Below, piece after piece: positions 1-5,331 of a stretch of 6,775 nucleotides of DNA. The DNA is from Candidatus Wukongarchaeum yapensis (GTDB taxonomy: Archaea; Asgardarchaeota; Wukongarchaeia; Wukongarchaeales; Wukongarchaeaceae): assembly GCA_016840425.1 (NCBI GenBank), contig JAEOSI010000126.1:1-6775 (forward strand), read 5' to 3'. Position 1 is the stretch's first letter; each line of letters opens with the position of its first letter. Position numbers and translations under genes: made by a program. The notes beneath the pieces are model-generated. The model was not told the origin of the DNA, ran no database searches, and worked only from the letters and a program-made list of their open reading frames with translations.

Positions 1-16
1 GTTTTTTTAAAAAAAC
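1..16. repeat. Perfect homopolymer palindrome G-T7-A7-C
   Basis: GTTTTTTTAAAAAAAC, seen directly at the window edge. Confidence 0.5.
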
Positions 17-69
17 TATTATTACCATTTAAATTAAAATTTATTGTAATATAACTGTTAAAAATTAAA

Positions 70-630
70 GTGGAGGCAAGAAGAAAGAGAGTGGTACGCT
101 GTGAAAAGGTTCATGGGTTCTTCCTTCCCAAAAAGTTTTTCGTCACAAGCGGCGTGGGCTTATCAGAAGAGTCCTTTCTCAACGCTTTTGACGAAGCCCT
201 CATGAAAGCTCGTATCGCTCAGTGTAACCTAGTTTCTGTTTCAAGCATCATTCCTCCAGATTGCGAACAAATTTCTTTCACAGAAATCACTCCAGGAACC
301 ATAACTTTTGCTGTTATATGCCGAATGGATGGAAGGGACAGAGAAACAATAGGGGCGGGAATTGCTTGGTGTTGGGGAGAGAACGCAGGAAAAAAGGAAA
401 GCTATGGTATAGTTGCAGAAGATCATGGATATAAAAACGCTGAAGAGATCGAGAAAGCCCTACGGCAAAAACTTAAACGTATGGCTAAAGTAAGAGATCT
501 CACGATTCATGAAGAAAAAATAAATGTTCGAACAGAAAGTTTGATCATTCCAAAAAACACTAACGGTTCTGCAGTTATCGCTTTTGTTTACGTTCCTTTC
601 ACTGTAGAAGAAGGCTCACGAGAAACATAA
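70..630 (+). CDS. pdaD: Pyruvoyl-dependent arginine decarboxylase proenzyme (PvlArgDC)
   Basis: N-terminal LPKKFFVTSGVG, then NAFDEAL and NLVSVSSIIP containing the Ser-Ser self-cleavage site (S58-S59, nt 241-246). GIVAE carries the likely catalytic Glu (E117, nt 418-420) and the C-terminus has a SAVIAFVY strand. Start uncertain: GTG 70 or in-frame GTG 91. Confidence 0.93.
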   Translation: MEARRKRVVRCEKVHGFFLPKKFFVTSGVGLSEESFLNAFDEALMKARIAQCNLVSVSSIIPPDCEQISFTEITPGTITFAVICRMDGRDRETIGAGIAWCWGENAGKKESYGIVAEDHGYKNAEEIEKALRQKLKRMAKVRDLTIHEEKINVRTESLIIPKNTNGSAVIAFVYVPFTVEEGSRET

Positions 631-644
631 AAAACTTTTGTGAG

Positions 645-1721
645 GTGTTAAAAGTCTCTGAAAACCGCCCGAAAAAACGTGATCTATTAAGTAAACCTTT
701 AAAGCATGTAAAAGTTTCTAAAAAAGTTTCGATAGGCGATCTACTTAATGATTTCCACAACTCCTCTTTCCAAAGCAGAAACCTCGCATATTCTTTAGAT
801 GTTTTCGAAAAAATGTTATCAGATAACGATAGAACAACTATTTTCCTAGGCTTGGCAGGCGCTATGATTCCTGGTGGAATGAAACAAGTCCTCATTAAAA
901 TGATCGAAGAAAAACTCATAGATGTCATCGTCTCCACGGGGGCAAACCTCTACCACGATTTTTTTGAGGGCCTTGGAGGCCACCATTATATCGGACACCC
1001 GCAAGTAGATGACAAGCTTTTACTATCCTATAATATCGATAGAATTTATGACACTTTTGCAGATGATAATCGGTTTATTGATACAGATTTCTGTATTCGC
1101 AAACTTGCCGAAGAACTAGAACCCAGAACCTACTCCACCCGCGAGTTTTTAGAGTTTTTAGGCGGCAAATTGTCCAACGAGCCCTCTTCCTTCCTTAAAA
1201 CCGCTGTTGAGTACGGTGTCCCAGTCTTTTGCCCCGCATTAAATGACAGCAGTATAGGAATCAGCCTAACCAAATATTACGCAGAATGCAAAAAGAAAGT
1301 CAAAAAACCACTAATAATCGATCCAATACGGGACGTATACGAACTTAGCCAAATAAAACAAAAATCGAAAAAAAGCGGCGCCATCTACATAGGCGGAGGA
1401 ACCCCTAAAAACTATATCCAACAACTGCCCTTAGTAGTAGAGATTCTGCAAGGAAGGTATCAAAGCCATAATTATGCCTTGCAAATAATTACCGATTCCC
1501 CCCATTGGGGAGGCTTATCCGGCTGCACCTTTTCAGAAGCCCAATCATGGGGAAAAATCGCAAAAGATGCTTCTATGGCAACAGTTCATATGGACGCAAC
1601 AATTGGATTACCTCTCATCGTTTGCGCCGTACTACAACGCTTCGAAAAAATCATAAACCAAAGAAAAAGACTAAAATTGACTTGGAACTCTGACGAACTA
1701 AAAGAATTAATAACAATTTAA
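645..1721 (+). CDS. dys: Deoxyhypusine synthase family protein (DHS or DHS-like homospermidine synthase)
   Basis: Motifs FLGLAGAMIPGG, VSTGANLYHD, IDRIYD, FCPALNDSSIG, GGGTPKNY and GGLSGCTFSEAQSWGK with the active-site Lys (K304, nt 1554-1556). GTG start 14 nt after the pdaD stop. Confidence 0.92.
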   Translation: MLKVSENRPKKRDLLSKPLKHVKVSKKVSIGDLLNDFHNSSFQSRNLAYSLDVFEKMLSDNDRTTIFLGLAGAMIPGGMKQVLIKMIEEKLIDVIVSTGANLYHDFFEGLGGHHYIGHPQVDDKLLLSYNIDRIYDTFADDNRFIDTDFCIRKLAEELEPRTYSTREFLEFLGGKLSNEPSSFLKTAVEYGVPVFCPALNDSSIGISLTKYYAECKKKVKKPLIIDPIRDVYELSQIKQKSKKSGAIYIGGGTPKNYIQQLPLVVEILQGRYQSHNYALQIITDSPHWGGLSGCTFSEAQSWGKIAKDASMATVHMDATIGLPLIVCAVLQRFEKIINQRKRLKLTWNSDELKELITI

Positions 1722-1757
1722 TACCAGTTAGAAATTATTGTTCAATTATCCTTTAGT

Positions 1758-1763
1758 GGAGGT
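1758..1763 (+). promoter_or_regulatory. Shine-Dalgarno site for tpiA
   Basis: GGAGGT, 7 nt upstream of in-frame TTG 1771. Confidence 0.7.
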
Positions 1764-1770
1764 AAATCGT

Positions 1771-2454
1771 TTGAATGAGATTGAATATCCAATAATAGTC
1801 CTTAATTTCAAAACTTATAATGAGTCCATAGGAGAGAAAGGATTAAACCTCGCCCTTATTGCCCAAGATGTAAGCTTTGAGTATGGTGTAACAATAGCCA
1901 TAGCCCCCCAATTAACCGACCTTTCTAGAATAGCAAATGAAGTAGATATTCTTGTATTATCTCAGACCATAGACCCCATACAACCTGGAAGCCACTGTGG
2001 CCACATCTTACCAGAAGCTGTTAAAGAAAGTGGGGCTATAGGGACGCTGATAAACCACAGCGAATGTCCTAAAACTATTGAGGAGATAGAAGCTTCAATA
2101 AAACGTGCTAAAGAGGCAAGTTTATACACACTTGTGTGCGCTAAAGATCCCGAACTAAGTGCAAAAGTAGCCTCCTTTTCCCCCGATTCAGTTGCCATGG
2201 AACCACCAGAACTAATAGGCTCAGGGATCCCTGTAAGCAAAGCTCAACCTGAAGTAGTTACAAAAACAGTCGAATTAATGAAAAAAGCCAACCCAAATGT
2301 AGTACCTTTATGCGGAGCAGGTATAACAGCAGGAGAAGATGTAAAAGCCGCCATAAAACTCGGTACTCACGGCGTTCTATTGGCGAGTGGCTTTGTAAAA
2401 GCAAAAAAACCCAAAGAAATTTTGGAAAATATGGCAAACGCGCTAAGAGAATAA
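1771..2454 (+). CDS. tpiA: Triosephosphate isomerase, short archaeal type (about 227 aa)
   Basis: Catalytic motifs NFKTY (Lys at 1810), NHSE (His at 2056) and EPPELIG (Glu at 2200), plus CGAGI and GVLLASGFVKA. Start moved from the track's TTG 1738 to in-frame TTG 1771, which lies 7 nt after GGAGGT (1758-1763) and gives the typical short N-terminus before IIVLNFK. Confidence 0.96.
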   Translation: MNEIEYPIIVLNFKTYNESIGEKGLNLALIAQDVSFEYGVTIAIAPQLTDLSRIANEVDILVLSQTIDPIQPGSHCGHILPEAVKESGAIGTLINHSECPKTIEEIEASIKRAKEASLYTLVCAKDPELSAKVASFSPDSVAMEPPELIGSGIPVSKAQPEVVTKTVELMKKANPNVVPLCGAGITAGEDVKAAIKLGTHGVLLASGFVKAKKPKEILENMANALRE

Positions 2455-2518
2455 AAATCACTTAAAACCTGTTAAAAATTTGAAAATCATACTCCTAGTA
2501 GATAAAAATTTAGGAAGA

Positions 2519-2554
2519 TTTTTATTTAGCCCTTCTAACCCTTTCTTTTAGTTT
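2519..2554 (+). terminator. Possible oligo-T terminator region after tpiA
   Basis: Pyrimidine-rich tract with T5 at 2519-2523 and further T3-T4 runs. Archaeal terminators are typically oligo-T without a hairpin. Confidence 0.35.
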
Positions 2555-2556
2555 CA

Positions 2557-2580
2557 AGTAAAAAGTAACCTTTTTTTACT
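2557..2580. repeat. Inverted repeat, candidate operator
   Basis: AGTAAAAA-N8-TTTTTACT with perfect 8-bp arms, 12 nt upstream of the trmB TATA box. Confidence 0.5.
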
Positions 2581-2592
2581 ATATCTCCTTTA

Positions 2593-2600
2593 TTTAAATA
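2593..2600 (+). promoter_or_regulatory. Putative TATA box of the TrmB-family gene
   Basis: TTTAAATA ending 23 nt before ATG 2623, a spacing consistent with a leaderless or very short-leader transcript. The BRE is poor. Confidence 0.55.
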
Positions 2601-2622
2601 GAAAGTTCTGAGGGGCTTTTTT

Positions 2623-3414
2623 ATGTTTCTCAGCGAAGATTTGGTAAAATCCTTAACAACCCTGGGATTCACAACTTATTGCGCCAAGGTCTATAGCGCG
2701 CTGGTTTTTTTCGGTACTGCTACTGCTGCACAAATAGCAGAAACTGCTGAGATCCCTCCTAATAAAGTTTACACCACGCTAAAAAAACTTGAAAATAAAG
2801 GATTTGTGGAACTGGAATCTATTAATTCAAATTCTAAAAGTTATGCAAAGAGATATCGTGCAAGAAACCCTGAAGACGTTTTAGAAAAATTAAATTCAAA
2901 GTATAAAGGTGCATTGGACGCTGCAAAAAATCATTTAGAAAGAATCCAAGAACGTCGGGAAAGGGATTATGCTGAAGGTATGTGGATATTAAGAGGCGAC
3001 TCCATAGTTTTCGGTAAAATAACCGAAATGGTAGCAGAAGCCGAGGAAGAAGTAATCCTCGTAACAGATACCTTATACGATTTAAAAGCCTATCCTCAAC
3101 TCGCTGAAAAACTAAAAGAACTAGCATTAAATGGTCCAAAAGTTCGCATATTAACCAGCATTGAAGGCGTAAATGATGAGGGAGAAAAAGAAGTGTTAAA
3201 CGATCTAAACGGAGTCTGTGAGATCAAAGTCTATAAAGAACCTTTTAACGCTTTTTACGTGATTATCGATCGAAAACACCTATTTTTCGGCTCTTACGTG
3301 AAACGTGGAAAAGTACTTAATCTAAGCGCTATATGGTACGATAATGAGTTATTCAGTAAACTCTGGTCCAAATTCACAAAGTCCCTCTTTAAAAACTCAC
3401 AAAAAACAATTTAG
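2623..3414 (+). CDS. TrmB-family transcriptional regulator (N-terminal winged HTH plus C-terminal effector-binding domain)
   Basis: LTTLGFTTYCAKVYSALV...ATAAQIAETAEIPPNKVYTTLKKLENKGFV is a TrmB HTH. It is followed by YRARNPE, a helical linker, WILRG, MVAEAEEEVILV and FYVIIDRKHLFFG, typical of the TrmB C-terminal domain. Confidence 0.9.
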   Translation: MFLSEDLVKSLTTLGFTTYCAKVYSALVFFGTATAAQIAETAEIPPNKVYTTLKKLENKGFVELESINSNSKSYAKRYRARNPEDVLEKLNSKYKGALDAAKNHLERIQERRERDYAEGMWILRGDSIVFGKITEMVAEAEEEVILVTDTLYDLKAYPQLAEKLKELALNGPKVRILTSIEGVNDEGEKEVLNDLNGVCEIKVYKEPFNAFYVIIDRKHLFFGSYVKRGKVLNLSAIWYDNELFSKLWSKFTKSLFKNSQKTI

Positions 3415-3420
3415 CTCTAC

Positions 3421-3456
3421 TTTTACCAAATATTTAACCTAACTTTTCAGGTTTTT
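3421..3456 (+). terminator. Possible oligo-T terminator region after the TrmB-family gene
   Basis: T4 (3421-3424), T4 (3444-3447) and T5 (3452-3456) just after the stop at 3414. Confidence 0.35.
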
Positions 3457-3482
3457 AAAAAAACACCCTTCTATTTTAATTA

Positions 3483-3498
3483 TTGCATTTTTATGCAA
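3483..3498. repeat. Inverted repeat, candidate operator
   Basis: TTGCAT-TTTT-ATGCAA between a TATA-like TTTTAATT (3474-3481) and the phosphatase start. Confidence 0.5.
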
Positions 3499-3509
3499 GT
3501 AATAGGTTG

Positions 3510-4262
3510 ATGAGTATGCAACATTTTAGAGCAATAGCCACAGATATAGACGGCACTTTAACCTATCCTGATAGAAAACTTCATTTAAAAGCACTTGAAG
3601 CCGTGAGAATGCTTGAGAAAAAAGGCGTTCCTGTAATACTTGTTAGCGGAAACAATTTTTGCGTAGTTTCAACCCTCGCAGACTATATTGGCACCAGTGC
3701 ACCCGTAATAGCTGAAAATGGCGGTATAATAGGCTCCGCATGGCGGCCAAAAGTTTTAGGTAAGAGGAATGACGTGGAAAAAGCTTTAGGAATATTAAAA
3801 AAGCAATTTGAAGGTAGAATAGAAGTTCTCGAAGACGAATTTTTTAGAAAAACCGACATAGCGCTGCGTAAAGTCGCAATAGGCGATCTTGAAGAGTTAA
3901 AAAAACTGGTCATAAAAGAGTCTTTGAACGTAGTAATTTTCGACTCAGGATACGCAGTACACATAGCGGATAAAAACATCAACAAAGGAAAAGGCCTTAA
4001 ACATGTCGCAAAAATGATGAAAATAAACGTAAAAGAAATCATAGCCATAGCTGATGGAGCCAACGATCTAGACCTCTTCAAAATAGCAGGCTATGGAATA
4101 GCTGTCGCCAACGCTCATCCCCAACTAAAAAAAGCCGCAAATAGCATAACAAGCAAAAGCTACGGTGAAGGCTTCTATGAAGCAATAGAATACATCTTCA
4201 AAAACTTAGAAATAAAAGCCAAAAAAGCACTCCTCACATCAAAGAATTCATTTTATAAATAA
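3510..4262 (+). CDS. pgp: HAD-superfamily IIB (Cof-like) phosphatase, archaeal phosphoglycolate phosphatase type
   Basis: HAD motif I TDIDGTLT, motif II LVSGN, IAENGG, cap-region GYAVHI, motif III NKGKG and motif IV ADGANDL, then VANA and YGEGF. Start is probably ATG 3510 or 3516 (SD-like AGGTTGA at 3504-3510) rather than the track's TTG 3483. Substrate is inferred from family only. Confidence 0.87.
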   Translation: MSMQHFRAIATDIDGTLTYPDRKLHLKALEAVRMLEKKGVPVILVSGNNFCVVSTLADYIGTSAPVIAENGGIIGSAWRPKVLGKRNDVEKALGILKKQFEGRIEVLEDEFFRKTDIALRKVAIGDLEELKKLVIKESLNVVIFDSGYAVHIADKNINKGKGLKHVAKMMKINVKEIIAIADGANDLDLFKIAGYGIAVANAHPQLKKAANSITSKSYGEGFYEAIEYIFKNLEIKAKKALLTSKNSFYK

Positions 4263-5144
4263 AGCAACGCCTTTTCCCTTCTCAACTCCCACATGTTTTG
4301 CCACGGGCTCACATTTCGCCTTAAACAAGAAAAGAACAGAACAAGACAACTCATCAATAAACTCCGTCATAGTCTCATAATGCCCCATCCCCTTCGCAAC
4401 TATCAGCTCGCTTTTATAATACTTCTCAATAAACTCCTCAGAACACTCCTCTAAATTAAGCCCTATCGAACTACTACCCGTTTCAATAACTTCGTCTGCA
4501 ATCTCCAACATTCCAGAAACCTTCGCATCCTCCATTGTAGCATCATTCATAATAGGACCCGATTTTACACCAACTACCACATTCACTCCAGGATTTATTT
4601 CTTTTAATGTTTTAACAAGCAAAATATCTAACACTATTTCCCCCGCGTTGTCCGTGAGAAACAGAATGTTTTTTACTTCTTTTTTAATGAAATCATAAGC
4701 TTCATCTAATCTGTCCAACCCCATTTTTTGCGTTTCAATGAACTCCTCTAAGGCTGGCTCTTCTAAGGTGAAATCATGGCCCAAGACCCCAAACTCTATA
4801 ACGTTCCCCGCGATGCTTATACGACAAGCTCTCCTAAACTTTTCTTTAAGATTTCCTTCCTCTTCAAGGTATTTTTCCGTAGTTGGAAGCACTTTTAAAG
4901 CTTCTAAATTGCTTCTCTTTTTTAACTCAGAATAATAGTCTTTACACCCTGTTATTTTTTGAATTAATCGTTCACGTTTATTACCGATAACAGCGGGTAC
5001 AGCTTGCTTTGAAAACTCTTTTCCAATCAACTCTGTAACAGCTTCCATAGCCTCCCTTCTTCTCTTTGCATCATTGGTAGCCAAACACAGAGATTGATAT
5101 GCCCTACTCAGCAAACACTTAAGACATGGAGAAGCGCACTTCAT
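4248..5144 (-). CDS. DUF89/ARMT1-like damage-control phosphatase (PH1575-like, subfamily I type)
   Basis: N-terminal CxxC (CLKC), DYYSELKKRSN, IAGNVIEFG, signature LTDNAGEIVLD (D165-N166, nt 4652-4647), PIMNDAT, KGMGHYE and KAKC. ATG is preceded on the minus strand by SD-like GTGAT (5154-5150). Confidence 0.92.
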   Translation of the reverse strand: MKCASPCLKCLLSRAYQSLCLATNDAKRRREAMEAVTELIGKEFSKQAVPAVIGNKRERLIQKITGCKDYYSELKKRSNLEALKVLPTTEKYLEEEGNLKEKFRRACRISIAGNVIEFGVLGHDFTLEEPALEEFIETQKMGLDRLDEAYDFIKKEVKNILFLTDNAGEIVLDILLVKTLKEINPGVNVVVGVKSGPIMNDATMEDAKVSGMLEIADEVIETGSSSIGLNLEECSEEFIEKYYKSELIVAKGMGHYETMTEFIDELSCSVLFLFKAKCEPVAKHVGVEKGKGVALFIK

Positions 5145-5178
5145 TTCTGATCACAAATCAAAAAATTAATTAACAAGA

Positions 5179-5193
5179 TATTTAAACTTAATA
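5179..5193 (-). promoter_or_regulatory. Putative BRE-TATA of the DUF89 gene
   Basis: Minus strand TATTAAG-TTTAAATA, with the TATA ending 35 nt before ATG 5144. Confidence 0.55.
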
Positions 5194-5194
5194 T

Positions 5195-5209
5195 GAAAGA
5201 TTTTAAATA
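5195..5209 (+). promoter_or_regulatory. Putative BRE-TATA for the coiled-coil/nucS unit (distal)
   Basis: Purine-rich GAAAGA followed by TTTTAAATA. Confidence 0.5.
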
Positions 5210-5278
5210 TACAAACAATGATTAAGCAATATGTTCCCATATTTTATGTTTGGGTTAGCACGAAGTACACATTTCAAT

Positions 5279-5293
5279 CAAAAAGTTATTAAA
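5279..5293 (+). promoter_or_regulatory. Alternative proximal BRE-TATA for the coiled-coil gene
   Basis: CAAAAAG-TTATTAAA about 40 nt upstream of TTG 5332, which leaves a short leader containing the SD. Confidence 0.4.
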
Positions 5294-5317
5294 CTTTAAC
5301 CAAGAAATTTTTTTAAA

Positions 5318-5328
5318 AGGAAGGTTGA
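5318..5328 (+). promoter_or_regulatory. Shine-Dalgarno-like site for the coiled-coil gene
   Basis: AGGAAGGTTGA before TTG 5332. The same AGGTTGA core occurs at 3504-3510 before the phosphatase. Confidence 0.55.
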
Positions 5329-5331
5329 AGG

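Noticed and set aside
241-937. Minus-strand ORFs 241-426 and 599-937
   Set aside because: Antisense shadows of pdaD and dys, with no motifs and composition typical of reverse-complemented coding DNA.
1505-1693. Plus-strand alternative-frame ORF of 62 aa
   Set aside because: Nested in the conserved DHS active-site region, with no independent signals.
1738-1770. 11-codon N-terminal extension of tpiA given by the ORF track
   Set aside because: Contains the SD (GGAGGT) for the better start at 1771.
1962-2461. Minus-strand ORFs 1962-2240 and 2258-2461
   Set aside because: Antisense shadows of tpiA.
3412-3510. Possible pyrrolysine-type read-through of the trmB TAG
   Set aside because: Read-through adds only about 31 low-complexity codons before TGA and is not in frame with the next gene.
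2834-4081. Minus-strand ORFs 2834-3139 and 3683-4081
   Set aside because: Antisense shadows of the TrmB and HAD genes. The Leu/Phe richness reflects the A-rich sense strand.
4738-4935. Plus-strand ORF of 65 aa
   Set aside because: Antisense shadow of DUF89.
5216-5270. Possible C/D-box sRNA or hairpin in the divergent intergenic region (ATGATTA; CCCA...TGGG)
   Set aside because: The C box is imperfect, there is no downstream CTGA D box at a suitable distance, and the stem is only 4 bp.
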